Shown: positions 9,968-19,272, counted from the first letter of the stretch. The stretch: 64,000 bases of DNA from Patescibacteria group bacterium (GCA_028716665.1 JAQUPP010000001.1:413046-477045); one strand, 5' to 3'. The notes: a model not told the origin generated them from the letters alone. Numbers and translations: made by a program.

Positions 9968-10860
9968 AAGATTTATTAAAAAAACCGGAACATTTTGCGC
10001 CCGGTCATCGAACTTGCCGCGGATGCGCTATCCCGATTATTGTTCGGTCTGTTTTGCGAGCAACTGATAATCCAGTGGTGGTGGTTAATGCCACGGGATG
10101 CATGGAAGTTACGACCACTCTTTATCCTCAAACTTCCTGGAATATGCCTTATATGCATAATGCTTTTGAAAACGCGCCGGCAACCATGAGCGGTATTTTG
10201 GCGGTTTATCAGCATTTAAAAGAAAAAAAGAAAATTCCTGAAAATGTTAAATTTGTTGTTTTTGGCGGTGACGGTTCCACTTATGATATCGGGCTTCAAT
10301 CACTTTCCGGAGCATGGGAAAGAGGAGATAATTTTTTATATGTTTGTTATGACAATCAAGTTTATAGCAATACCGGAGGACAAAGATCTTCTGCTACGCC
10401 ACTCGGCGCTTCAACTTCAACTACTCCGGCCGGAAAAATAGAATCCAGAAAAGATATTATGAAAATCGCCGCGGCTCATAATTTGCCTTATTTGGCTCAG
10501 GCCGCAATTCATAATTGGTTTGATTTGCACCAAAAAGCAAAAAAGGCCTTTAATACCAATGGCCCGACTTTTTTGAATATTTTATGTCCTTGCGTGGCGA
10601 ATTGGAAATATAATTCCGATTTGACTGTGAAAATGTCGCAACTTGCCACAGAAACTTGTTTTTGGCCGCTTTATGAAATAGAAAATGGCGTTTACAAATT
10701 AAATTATCAACCAAGAGAAAAACTTCCGGTTGAAGAATTTCTAAAATTTCAAGGAAGATTTAAAAATTTATTTTCTTCCAAAGATAAAAATAATTTAATT
10801 AAGATTCAGCAGGAGATTGATAAAAGGTGGCAGGAACTGACAGGGAAGTGTCCAAGGTAA
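9955..10860 (+). CDS. 2-oxoacid:ferredoxin oxidoreductase beta subunit (TPP-binding, PorB/KorB-like)
   Basis: N-terminal CRGCA, GGDGSTYDIG TPP motif, and strong similarity across the PFOR beta fold. Confidence 0.75.
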   Translation: METLKDLLKKPEHFAPGHRTCRGCAIPIIVRSVLRATDNPVVVVNATGCMEVTTTLYPQTSWNMPYMHNAFENAPATMSGILAVYQHLKEKKKIPENVKFVVFGGDGSTYDIGLQSLSGAWERGDNFLYVCYDNQVYSNTGGQRSSATPLGASTSTTPAGKIESRKDIMKIAAAHNLPYLAQAAIHNWFDLHQKAKKAFNTNGPTFLNILCPCVANWKYNSDLTVKMSQLATETCFWPLYEIENGVYKLNYQPREKLPVEEFLKFQGRFKNLFSSKDKNNLIKIQQEIDKRWQELTGKCPR

Positions 10861-10892
10861 AAAAAATATCCGCCGAAAAGGCGGATATTTTT

Positions 10893-11354
10893 TTACTTCG
10901 CGAGTTTTTGACTCGTCTTTTTTTTGAACAAAATTAAAATTAAACAAATCAGAAAAATTATTTGAATGGCGCACAAAAAGACGGGGTTATTTATTTTCTC
11001 CGGACAATGAATAATTTGATGTAAGTTATAAAATCCTTTTAAAAATTTTAAATTTAACCCATAATAAAAAAAAGTAAGTATGTCCGGCAGGGCAGATCCT
11101 AAAATTGCCCAGTAAATTTTTAGAGGATGAGTAGTCCGAGTAAAACGAAAGAAACAAAAGATAAAAATAATTGAAATAAAAATATCTATCAATGCCGCAT
11201 AGTAAAGATATTTTTGGATAAAAATTCCTTCATCAACATGAGTAATTGCGTCGAGTAAAAAATGTGATAAAAATCCAAACAAAAAAGCAAGAAACGGATT
11301 TGACGCGTACTTGCCAATAAAGATGCCAACAGCAGTGTGAACAGTTAAGGTCAT
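10893..11354 (-). CDS. membrane-bound metal-dependent hydrolase (DUF457 / YdjM-like)
   Basis: Small polytopic protein with the HFLLDAITH motif. Confidence 0.45.
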   Translation of the reverse strand: MTLTVHTAVGIFIGKYASNPFLAFLFGFLSHFLLDAITHVDEGIFIQKYLYYAALIDIFISIIFIFCFFRFTRTTHPLKIYWAILGSALPDILTFFYYGLNLKFLKGFYNLHQIIHCPEKINNPVFLCAIQIIFLICLILILFKKKTSQKLAK

Positions 11355-11369
11355 AAATATGATATAAAT

Positions 11370-11440
11370 AGCAGGGGCGGGGATCGAACCCGCGACGGCA
11401 CGCTTATGAAGCGTGTGCTCTACCGCTGAGCTACCCTGCC
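11370..11440 (-). tRNA. tRNA-Met (CAT), elongator type
   Basis: Cloverleaf folds with G1-U72 acceptor, anticodon loop TTCATAA, T-loop GGTTCGATCC. Confidence 0.8.
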
Positions 11441-11473
11441 ATCATTTTGTTAAGACCTGCTTAAAGTTTTAAT

Positions 11474-11544
11474 TGCGGGGGGGGGATTCGAACCCCCAAC
11501 CTCCAGGTTATGGGCCTGGCGAGCTGCCACTGCTCTACCCCGCG
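11474..11544 (-). tRNA. initiator tRNA-fMet (CAT)
   Basis: Begins CGCGGGG and ends CCCCGCA-A (C1:A72 mismatch); alignable base for base with E. coli tRNA-fMet; anticodon CAT. Confidence 0.8.
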
Positions 11545-11795
11545 TCATTAAGAAATCGATTAGTTATTCTTTTCTTTTCCAAATATCCTTTTGTCGATTT
11601 TAGAAAATATTCTCTTTTATAAGCTTCGTTTTTATCGGAATATTCTTCATGATAGACTAACTTCCATGGTCGGCGAAATTTTGTCGCCCAATCTTTGCCA
11701 CGTTGATGTTCACTAAATCTTCTCTGTAAGTTAGATGTGCAACCGATATAAAATTTATTATCTTTTAAACTTTGTAATATATAAACGTAATACAC
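11535..11795 (-). CDS. GIY-YIG nuclease family protein (small, YhbQ/UPF0213-like), copy 1
   Basis: VYIL...KFYIGCT...R..EH motif set. GTG start. The last 10 nt including the stop overlap the 5' end of tRNA-fMet. Confidence 0.8.
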   Translation of the reverse strand: MYYVYILQSLKDNKFYIGCTSNLQRRFSEHQRGKDWATKFRRPWKLVYHEEYSDKNEAYKREYFLKSTKGYLEKKRITNRFLNDAG

Positions 11796-11808
11796 AATAG
11801 ATTTTAAT

Positions 11809-11867
11809 TTATGGGCCTGGCGAGACCCGAAGGGTGGCCCTTGGCCCTGCCACTGCTCTACCCCGCG
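11809..11867 (-). repeat. partial duplicate of tRNA-fMet (positions 1-37) carrying a 22-nt GC-rich double-hairpin insertion
   Basis: CGCGGGGTAGAGCAGTGGCAG-[GGCCAAGGGCCACCCTTCGGGT]-CTCGCCAGGCCCATAA, then divergence from the tRNA. Confidence 0.7.
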
Positions 11868-12118
11868 TCATTAAGAAATCGATTAGTTATTCTTTTCTTT
11901 TCCAAATATCCTTTTGTCGATTTTAGAAAATATTCTCTTTTATAAGCTTCATTTTTATCTGAATATTCTTCATGATAGACTAACTTCCATGGTCGGCGAA
12001 ATTTTGTCGCCCAATCTTTGCCACGTTGATGTTCATTAAATCTTCTCTGCAAATTAGATGTGCAACCGATATAAAATTTATTATCTTTTAAACTTTGTAA
12101 TATATAAACGTAATACAC
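11858..12118 (-). CDS. GIY-YIG nuclease family protein, copy 2 (tandem 323-bp unit)
   Basis: One amino-acid difference from copy 1. Its 3' end overlaps the partial tRNA copy just as copy 1 overlaps the intact tRNA. Confidence 0.8.
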   Translation of the reverse strand: MYYVYILQSLKDNKFYIGCTSNLQRRFNEHQRGKDWATKFRRPWKLVYHEEYSDKNEAYKREYFLKSTKGYLEKKRITNRFLNDAG

Positions 12119-12131
12119 AATAGATTTTAAT

Positions 12132-12190
12132 CTATGGGCCTGGCGAGACCCGAAGGGTGGCCCTTGGCCCTGCCACTGCTCTACCCCGCG
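12132..12190 (-). repeat. second partial tRNA-fMet 5'-half copy with the same 22-nt insertion
   Basis: Same sequence as 11809-11867 apart from one substitution in the anticodon loop; no GIY-YIG gene follows. Confidence 0.7.
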
Positions 12191-12240
12191 TCATTAATCT
12201 ATAATGATACCTTAAATTTAATATTTCAGCAAATTGAATT

Positions 12241-12711
12241 TTAATATCGTGTTTTATTTTTTATTGACTTCCATTTTTTAAAAGGTTCCAAACATTCTTG
12301 TCGATTAACTTGTTTTGTTGTAACTTGTTTTCTTTTTGCCGTACCTTTTATGGCGTCATAAATAAATTTATCATCAAAGCCGATATTCGCCGCATCTTGT
12401 TGAGTGCAGCCATAATATAATTTTTTTATTTTTGCCCAATGAATAGCGGCAAAACACATTGGACAAGGCTCACATGAAGAATATATTTCACAATCAGAGA
12501 GATCAAATCTTTTAAGTTTTTTCGTGGCTTTTCTGATAGCAACAATTTCGGCATGAGCCGTCGGATCATTAGTCTTGATAACCTTGTTGTGACCCCGAGA
12601 TATAATTTTTTTATTGCGTACTATCACTACTCCAAAAGGGCCACCATCTTTTGTTTTTAGCGCTTTCCATGCTTCAAGCACGGCAATGCACATAAATTTA
12701 TTTTTCTCCAT
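12241..12711 (-). CDS. tadA: tRNA-specific adenosine deaminase TadA
   Basis: HAEIVAI and SCEPCPMC zinc-binding motifs. Start set at MEKNKFM; the longer track ORF runs into tRNA-Leu. Confidence 0.75.
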   Translation of the reverse strand: MEKNKFMCIAVLEAWKALKTKDGGPFGVVIVRNKKIISRGHNKVIKTNDPTAHAEIVAIRKATKKLKRFDLSDCEIYSSCEPCPMCFAAIHWAKIKKLYYGCTQQDAANIGFDDKFIYDAIKGTAKRKQVTTKQVNRQECLEPFKKWKSIKNKTRY

Positions 12712-12722
12712 AATTTTTTTTA

Positions 12723-12810
12723 TGGTGCCGCGGGAGGGAGTCGAACCCTCATGGGCGTAAAGCCCATACGATTTTGAGTCGTACGCGTATACCAGTTCCA
12801 CCACCGCGGC
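12723..12810 (-). tRNA. tRNA-Leu (CAA)
   Basis: GCCGCGG acceptor, anticodon loop CTCAAAA, long variable arm, GGTTCGACTCC T-arm, encoded CCA. Confidence 0.8.
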
Positions 12811-12874
12811 ATTCACAATATTTTAACATTTTTTTAAATCTTGTCAAACGTTTTAAAAGTGATAAACTAAACTT

Positions 12875-13633
12875 GTGAAAATTATCAGTGTTGTCAATCA
12901 AAAAGGCGGTACGGCTAAAACCACCACCTTAATAAATTTATCAGCTTATCTTGCCCGATTCGGCAAGAAAGTTTTGATTATTGATTTGGATCCGCAAGCC
13001 AATGCGAGTTCAGGATTGGGCGTGAGCGCGGAAAACAGAGACAAAGGGATTTATGAAATTTTAAGCGGAAAGATTCCTTTGACCGAAGGATTAATAGAAG
13101 TTAGAAAAAATTTTTGGCTTATTCCGGCAAATGAAAATTTAGCCGGAGCGAATATTGAAATAGTCAATTTGGAAGACAGAGAATTCCTTTTAACAAAAGC
13201 GCTTAAGCCTTTGGCAGATGATTTTGATTTTGTATTTTTTGACACTCCGCCTTCACTGGGATTAATGACCATTAACAGTTTAGTTGCTTCAAGTAGCGTT
13301 TTAATTCCAGTTCAAGCTGAATATTTCGCCCTGGAAGGATTGGGACAGCTCTTGAATACCATTAATTTGATAAAAGAAAATTTAAGACCGGATCTCAGTG
13401 TTTTAGGAGCAATCCTGACAATGTATGACACGCGCGGTAAATTGTCAGCTGATGTCTGGGAAGAATTATATAAATTTTTTCCGCATAAAATTTACAGAAC
13501 AGTTATTCCTCGCAATGTTTATTTGGCAGAAGCGCCGAGTTATGGCAAAACAATTTTAGAATATGCTCCTCGATCTCGCGGAGCAAAAGCCTACCATCGT
13601 TTAGCCAGAGAGTTTGTTTTTCACAATAAATAA
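12875..13633 (+). CDS. parA: chromosome partitioning ATPase ParA/Soj
   Basis: Deviant Walker A KGGTAKTTT and ParA family fold. GTG start. Confidence 0.85.
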   Translation: MKIISVVNQKGGTAKTTTLINLSAYLARFGKKVLIIDLDPQANASSGLGVSAENRDKGIYEILSGKIPLTEGLIEVRKNFWLIPANENLAGANIEIVNLEDREFLLTKALKPLADDFDFVFFDTPPSLGLMTINSLVASSSVLIPVQAEYFALEGLGQLLNTINLIKENLRPDLSVLGAILTMYDTRGKLSADVWEELYKFFPHKIYRTVIPRNVYLAEAPSYGKTILEYAPRSRGAKAYHRLAREFVFHNK

Positions 13634-13653
13634 AAATTTTAAATAATTTTACT

Positions 13654-14502
13654 ATGTCATTAGGAAGAGGACTGGGGGCGTTAATTCCTCCAAAAACAAT
13701 TCAAAAAATAACCGAAGAAACGTTAGCCGAAACAGGCGAGCGAGTTTTGGAAATTCCGCTTGAACAAATTGAAGCCAATCCGGATCAGCCGAGAAAAAAT
13801 TTTCCTCATCAAGAAATGGAAGGATTAATCAATTCTCTTCGCGAATACGGAATTATTCAACCTTTGATTTTAACTTCAATTGGTTGGGGAAAATATCAAA
13901 TAGTTGCGGGTGAACGTCGTTTTAGAGCGGCTAAGGTTTTGGAATTTAAAACTGTGCCGGCCATTATCAGATCAGTCAAAGACAGCGAAAAATTTGAAAT
14001 TTCTCTTTTGGAAAATATTCAAAGACAAGATTTAAACCCCATGGAAAGAGCCCGAGCTTACAAGCGATTGACCGATGAATTCAATTTGACTCAGGAAGAT
14101 ATTGCGAGAAAATTAGGAAAAGCCAGAACAAGCGTAGCAAATACTTTGCGCCTTTTAACTCTTGCCGAACCGATTCAGAGGGCGATTGAAGAAGAACAAA
14201 TTACCGAAGGCCATGCCAAGGCCTTGCTTTCCACGGAAGATCAGGAAAAACAAAAAATTTTATTGAAAAGAGTTTTAGGATTAAATTTAACCGTACGGGA
14301 AACGGAAAAAATTGTCGGCGGAAAAAGAGTCAGGAAAACCGTTGAATTGGATTCCATGCTTTTGGAAAACGAAAGGGAACTGGCGAAAATTTTGGACGCG
14401 AAAATAAAAATTATCAAAAAGAAAAAAGGCGGAAAAATCGTAATTGAAACTTTCAGCCAAGAAGATTTGGAAAAAATTATTCAAAAATTATTCAAGTGCT
14501 AA
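13654..14502 (+). CDS. parB: chromosome partitioning protein ParB/Spo0J
   Basis: ParB box GERRFRA and HTH region, directly downstream of parA. Confidence 0.85.
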   Translation: MSLGRGLGALIPPKTIQKITEETLAETGERVLEIPLEQIEANPDQPRKNFPHQEMEGLINSLREYGIIQPLILTSIGWGKYQIVAGERRFRAAKVLEFKTVPAIIRSVKDSEKFEISLLENIQRQDLNPMERARAYKRLTDEFNLTQEDIARKLGKARTSVANTLRLLTLAEPIQRAIEEEQITEGHAKALLSTEDQEKQKILLKRVLGLNLTVRETEKIVGGKRVRKTVELDSMLLENERELAKILDAKIKIIKKKKGGKIVIETFSQEDLEKIIQKLFKC

Positions 14503-14677
14503 AAGTTTAGTTTTAAAAGTCAAAATTTTGTGAATAACAAAGCTTGACTTTTTTATTTTTTTATGATAATTTTTAAAATGTCTTTCTGATACCAATCGGG
14601 GTAAAGGAAAAGTCCCCAATCACCTCGGGCAGAGGTGAAATAAATTTTCGGGCAAACAGCCTGAAAAAGGAGGAACA

Positions 14678-15571
14678 ATGAAATACGGGAACTGGACTAT
14701 GGGTGAGACAGAGGCGCTGATCAATATCTTGGGCGGACAGAGAATAGCCCTGGATATTCTAGGAGGTCAGCTGGAAGTGGAGGTTAGAGAGGCTAGCGTC
14801 AAGCTCTTTGATAAATATGGTCGTCATATTCCACACAGTCTTAAAAGCGATGTTTGCGATTTTGATCGCAATTTTCGACTTAATCAGCCAGAAATAGCAA
14901 CGGAAACTGACTATGCTAATAGAATTTTGCGTCTCCATAGCAATTTGGGAATCAATCCTAATGTTACGTGTTTTGAGTTCAAGCAAGAGACTGAACGTTT
15001 ATTACGTTTGATTAGAAATAACATACGAACAGCTAATATCGTCAATGGAGCTTGGCTTCCAATTATTTTGCCCAAATGGGAAGGTACACGTGGCCTTGGC
15101 ACTGTATTGGGAGAACAGTATCTCAAAGCAATTGGTAAGAGCTATAAAAAAGCTTTTCCCGGGAGGACATTTTGCAATTGTGAAAAATCTTTTGTAAATA
15201 AGGTGTTTATTGCTTCTAATAGTCGTCATAATTGTCTTATTGAGAGGATGGAGCAAGAAGCAGTAATCGGGATTTATTTTCCAACCGCTTTACAAGGATT
15301 TTCTATTGATGCTAGTCAGGAGTGTGTAGCGAAATTACCGAAAGAATTTATCCTCTCTGGACTGGATGCAATTATTGCAATGATTATGTATCCGGATATT
15401 TTGGCTCGAGATAAAGATACTCCCTGTTTGGATTTATCTGCTCTTTTCTGGCAAGACAATCGTTGTTCATTTTACTTTAAAGCTCGTGATGACAGACTTG
15501 AATTCGATATTTCTGGTCGCCAAAGAGATGCGCATACATGGGGTTCAAGTGGACTGCTGTTTATTGGGTAA
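14678..15571 (+). CDS. hypothetical protein on a compositionally foreign (GC-rich) segment
   Basis: Intact 297 aa ORF with SD AAAAAGGAGG; roughly 42-45% GC by eye against a much lower background; no recognised domain. Confidence 0.5.
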   Translation: MKYGNWTMGETEALINILGGQRIALDILGGQLEVEVREASVKLFDKYGRHIPHSLKSDVCDFDRNFRLNQPEIATETDYANRILRLHSNLGINPNVTCFEFKQETERLLRLIRNNIRTANIVNGAWLPIILPKWEGTRGLGTVLGEQYLKAIGKSYKKAFPGRTFCNCEKSFVNKVFIASNSRHNCLIERMEQEAVIGIYFPTALQGFSIDASQECVAKLPKEFILSGLDAIIAMIMYPDILARDKDTPCLDLSALFWQDNRCSFYFKARDDRLEFDISGRQRDAHTWGSSGLLFIG

Positions 15572-15703
15572 AGAAATTTAGTTTTTAAAATTACAGGGCG
15601 TAACATCGTTACGCCCTGCTTTTATTTTTTTATTTAAATAAACATTCTGACATTCTCAAGAATGTCAGAATGTTGTGATATATAATTTTTTTAAACCAAA
15701 GGA

Positions 15704-17938
15704 CTATTTTTGTGATTTGTGAGGATTATGCATGGAACATGCTTTATTACTGCATCTTTCGGGTATGGTTTTAGTTCCTTGCATCATTAAAGATCCGCAA
15801 AGGTCGCAGGTTTTTCCCGTTGGTCTGGATTTTATTATAAATTTGCATTTAGGATAATTGGAGCAGGAAAAAAACGGACCGAATCTTCCGCGGCGTTCCA
15901 CAATTTCCCCTTCGCATTTGGGGCATTTTACTCCGGTTTTTGCTTTGGCTTCTTCTTCAGCGCTTCTTTTAATAAATTTACATTTTGGATAATTGCTGCA
16001 AAAAATAAATTTACCAAAGCGGCCTTCGCGTTCCACAAGTTTACCCGTTGAACATTCAGGACACATTTCGCCGGTTTCTTTCGGACCTTCCATTATAGAG
16101 CCGTCTGCTTTTCTGGCGCCGGCGCATTCCGGAAATTTCGCGCAGCTTAAAAATTTTCCGGTTTTGGATAATTTTATGACCATCGGGCCGTTGCAAACCG
16201 GGCATTTGAATTTTTCATCAGCATCTCCAAGATTGGTTACCTTGTCTATTTTTTCTTTTGATTTAACGTCTTTGGAAAATGGTCCGTAAAAATCTTTTAA
16301 AACTTTTTCATATTTTATTTTTCCTTCAGCTATTTCATCAAGTTCGTTTTCCATTTCCGCGGTAAAGGAATCGCTGATATATTTTGGAAAATTATTTTCA
16401 AGAAAATCACTGACCACTTCGCCGGTGTCGGTGGGGTGGAGCGTTTTGCCGTCTTTAGTCACATATCCGCGGTCATTGATTGTTTTAATAATGTAAGCAT
16501 AAGTGCTCGGTCTTCCGATTTCGCGTTTTTCCAATTCTTTCACCAATCCGGCTTCCGTGTAGCGGCCGGGCGGTTCTGTTTGTTTCCCTTGGCTTTCAAG
16601 ATTCAATAATTCTAATTTTTCATCTTTGGATAATTTTGGTATTTGAACTTCTTCGCCCTGAGCTTCCACGTCTGCCGCGAGCCATCCCGGAAAAACAGTG
16701 ATGCTTCCGACAACGGAAAAATTAGGAATTATTCCTTCTTTATTTATATTGGCGGAAATTTTTGTTCTGAGCATTTTGGCATCAGTCATTTGAGAAGAAA
16801 TCGTTCTCGCCCAAATTAATCCGTATAATCTTTCCTGTTCTTCGTTTATGCCGGCGCTTTTTAATCCGATGTTTGTCGGACGGATGGCTTCGTGCGCTTC
16901 TTGAGCGCTTTTGCTTTTTGTTTTATAAATTCGCGGTTCTAAATATTTTTTACCGAAAGTTTTTTCTATTTCTTGATGGATTACAGGCAAGGCTTCTTTG
17001 CTGATAATCACGCTGTCGGTTCTCATGTATGTAATCAAGCCTTGTTCATAAAGTTTTTGAGCCACCATCATTGTGCGCGAAGGGGAAAATCCGAGTCGGG
17101 AACTGGCTGTTTGTTGAAGCGTTGAAGTGGTAAATGGCGCGCGAGGGGAACGTTTGGCTTCGGTTTGTTTTATTTCAGCTATATGCCAGGGATTGGCGCG
17201 GCCGGCTTCTAAAATTCTATTGGTTTCTTTTTCATCAGCCGGTTCTTTGTCGCAAGTTAAAATAATTTTATCTTGTGCTGAGCTTGCCTGTTCTGAGCTT
17301 GTCGAAGGCGTCGAAGCATCTTTTTTTTCTGTCTGGAATTCTCCGGTTAAAACCCAATAATTTTCCGGTATAAACGCTCTGATTTCGCGTTCTCTTTCCA
17401 TAATAATGCGCAATGCAGGTGATTGAACGCGTCCGGCCGAAAGTCCATAACGGACTTTTTTCCAAATAAGGCCGCTCAAATCATAACCGACAAGACGATC
17501 CAAAACTCGGCGCGCTTCTTGAGCTTGCCGCAAATTTTCGTCAATTTCGCGCGGATGATTTATCGCTTCTTTAATCGCGTTTTCGGTGATTTCATGAAAA
17601 ACAATTCTTTTTGGATTTTTCAAACCGCAAGTTTCTTTCAAATGCCAAGCAATCGCTTCTCCTTCGCGGTCAGGATCTGTCGCGAGCAGCACTTCGCTTG
17701 AGTTTTTGGCGAGACTTTTAATTTTGGAAACAACATCTTCTTTTCCTTTGGTGATTTCATAATGAGGAATAAATCCCGCTTTGATATCAATGGCTTTTTT
17801 ATTGCTTTTCGGAAGATTGCGAATATGTCCGTAAGAAGATTCAATTAAAAATTCATCTCCCAAAAAATGAGAAATGGTTTTTGATTTTGTCGGCGACTCA
17901 ACAATGATTAATTTTTTTTGATTTTTAGTTTTTGACAT
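15704..17938 (-). CDS. topA: DNA topoisomerase I
   Basis: TOPRIM and catalytic Tyr domain with multiple C-terminal C4 zinc ribbons; 744 aa. Confidence 0.9.
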   Translation of the reverse strand: MSKTKNQKKLIIVESPTKSKTISHFLGDEFLIESSYGHIRNLPKSNKKAIDIKAGFIPHYEITKGKEDVVSKIKSLAKNSSEVLLATDPDREGEAIAWHLKETCGLKNPKRIVFHEITENAIKEAINHPREIDENLRQAQEARRVLDRLVGYDLSGLIWKKVRYGLSAGRVQSPALRIIMEREREIRAFIPENYWVLTGEFQTEKKDASTPSTSSEQASSAQDKIILTCDKEPADEKETNRILEAGRANPWHIAEIKQTEAKRSPRAPFTTSTLQQTASSRLGFSPSRTMMVAQKLYEQGLITYMRTDSVIISKEALPVIHQEIEKTFGKKYLEPRIYKTKSKSAQEAHEAIRPTNIGLKSAGINEEQERLYGLIWARTISSQMTDAKMLRTKISANINKEGIIPNFSVVGSITVFPGWLAADVEAQGEEVQIPKLSKDEKLELLNLESQGKQTEPPGRYTEAGLVKELEKREIGRPSTYAYIIKTINDRGYVTKDGKTLHPTDTGEVVSDFLENNFPKYISDSFTAEMENELDEIAEGKIKYEKVLKDFYGPFSKDVKSKEKIDKVTNLGDADEKFKCPVCNGPMVIKLSKTGKFLSCAKFPECAGARKADGSIMEGPKETGEMCPECSTGKLVEREGRFGKFIFCSNYPKCKFIKRSAEEEAKAKTGVKCPKCEGEIVERRGRFGPFFSCSNYPKCKFIIKSRPTGKTCDLCGSLMMQGTKTIPERCSNKACSMHNPHKSQK

Positions 17939-18788
17939 AATTTCCGCCTCCCAGGTTTTTCACTTTGCCGTTTATTTCCATTAATGTCAAGATGGCAATG
18001 GCCTGACTGGTGCTAAATTTACTTGATTTAATTAATTGGTCAATATGCACGGGCTCGTGACTTAAAAATTTCCATAATATTTTTTCTTCCGGCAAAGTCG
18101 GTTCGGGTGTTTCGGAAATTTTTTCCGACAGTTCCAAATTAAAAGCGTCTAAAATATCTTCGGCTTTGGTAACCGCTTTCGCGCCCATTTTAATCAGTTG
18201 ATTGCAGCCGGCTGAATTCGGATTGTAAATGCTGCCTGGCACGGCGAAAACTTCCCGTCCTTGATCCAAAGCTGAATGCGCGGTAATCAATGCTCCGGAT
18301 TTTTCCGGTGCTTCTATCACCAAAGTTCCCAAAGAAAGTCCGGCGATAATTCTGTTTCTGGCTGGAAAAGTCCATCTGGTCGGGGAGGTGGTCGGTTGAT
18401 ATTCAGAAACTATTGCTCCGTTATTTTTAATAATATTTTTTGCCAAGGTTCTGTGAAGCGGCGGATAAATAATATCAGGACTTGAACCCAAAACCGCGAT
18501 TGTTCGGCCGCCATTATCCAAAGTTGTTTGATGAGCCAATCCGTCCACACCCAAAGCCAAACCGCTGACAATGGTTAATCCGGCCTTGACCAAATCTTTG
18601 GTTAAGGAAACGGTAATTTGCTTTCCATAACTTGAAACTTTTCTTGTCCCGACAATTGCCAAGGGATAATTTTCTTCCGCTTTGATTTTGCCGATGGCAT
18701 ACAGATTTTGAGGCGGGTCATAAATTTCTTTCAGCAGTTTCGGATAGTTTTTATCTTTGAGATTAATTTTTAAAACAGGGCTTGACAT
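17925..18788 (-). CDS. dprA: DNA processing protein DprA (Smf)
   Basis: Rossmann-like DprA domain (GLALGVDGLAH, VPGSIYNPNSAGCNQLIKMGA). Confidence 0.8.
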   Translation of the reverse strand: MSSPVLKINLKDKNYPKLLKEIYDPPQNLYAIGKIKAEENYPLAIVGTRKVSSYGKQITVSLTKDLVKAGLTIVSGLALGVDGLAHQTTLDNGGRTIAVLGSSPDIIYPPLHRTLAKNIIKNNGAIVSEYQPTTSPTRWTFPARNRIIAGLSLGTLVIEAPEKSGALITAHSALDQGREVFAVPGSIYNPNSAGCNQLIKMGAKAVTKAEDILDAFNLELSEKISETPEPTLPEEKILWKFLSHEPVHIDQLIKSSKFSTSQAIAILTLMEINGKVKNLGGGNYVKN

Positions 18789-18876
18789 TTTTCAATTTTT
18801 ATGCTAATATTTAATCAGTTCATTTATAACAAAAATAGCAAATAGCAAATTAATTGTCAATTAAAAAGGGGGAAAA

Positions 18877-19272
18877 GTGGAAAAAAAAGTAGATAAAGTT
18901 ATAAAAGATGAAAATAGAGAAATAATTGAAGTAGTAATGATCGTTGGAGGACATACTAAAAAATATAGAAAAATTGACGGAAAAATTACTGAGGTTGAAA
19001 TTGAAAAATCATTTGTTATTCCTCCTGATATTAAGAAGAAAGTTGAACAGCAGGTTTGGGCAATTTTTCATTCTGTTTCGAAGAAAGTTGTAAAAAGTAA
19101 AATGAACTCGTATCAGGTAATATTAAAAGGAAGAACAGAAGAGTTCGATATTAATGTGGGTGCGCCAATTTGTGCTACCAGTCCCGAAGAGGCAATAGAA
19201 AGTGTGAAAGAATATGCAAAACGAATGAAATTACCGATAGAGAGCAGAAAATTAATTGCTGTACAGTTATAG
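18877..19272 (+). CDS. hypothetical small protein
   Basis: GTG start after AAAAGGGGGAAAA; first of three tightly spaced small genes. Confidence 0.4.
   Translation: MEKKVDKVIKDENREIIEVVMIVGGHTKKYRKIDGKITEVEIEKSFVIPPDIKKKVEQQVWAIFHSVSKKVVKSKMNSYQVILKGRTEEFDINVGAPICATSPEEAIESVKEYAKRMKLPIESRKLIAVQL

Noticed and set aside
11474-12190. Possibility that the GIY-YIG genes are ORFs of a group I intron inside tRNA-fMet (anticodon-loop introns with homing endonucleases are known in bacterial tRNAs)
   Set aside because: The unit is only 323 bp, too short for a group I ribozyme core plus ORF. No 3' tRNA half follows the ORF, since each unit is followed by another 5' half or the intact tRNA. The intact tRNA downstream is uninterrupted.
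11369-12240. CRISPR-like array (regularly spaced repeats)
   Set aside because: The repeats are 323-bp units containing a protein-coding gene and tRNA fragments, not short repeats with unique spacers. No cas genes are present.
12712-12816. N-terminal extension of the tadA ORF in the track (MNAAVVELVYAYDS...)
   Set aside because: The extension is the antisense or readthrough of tRNA-Leu (12723-12810). The real start is MEKNKFM at 12711.
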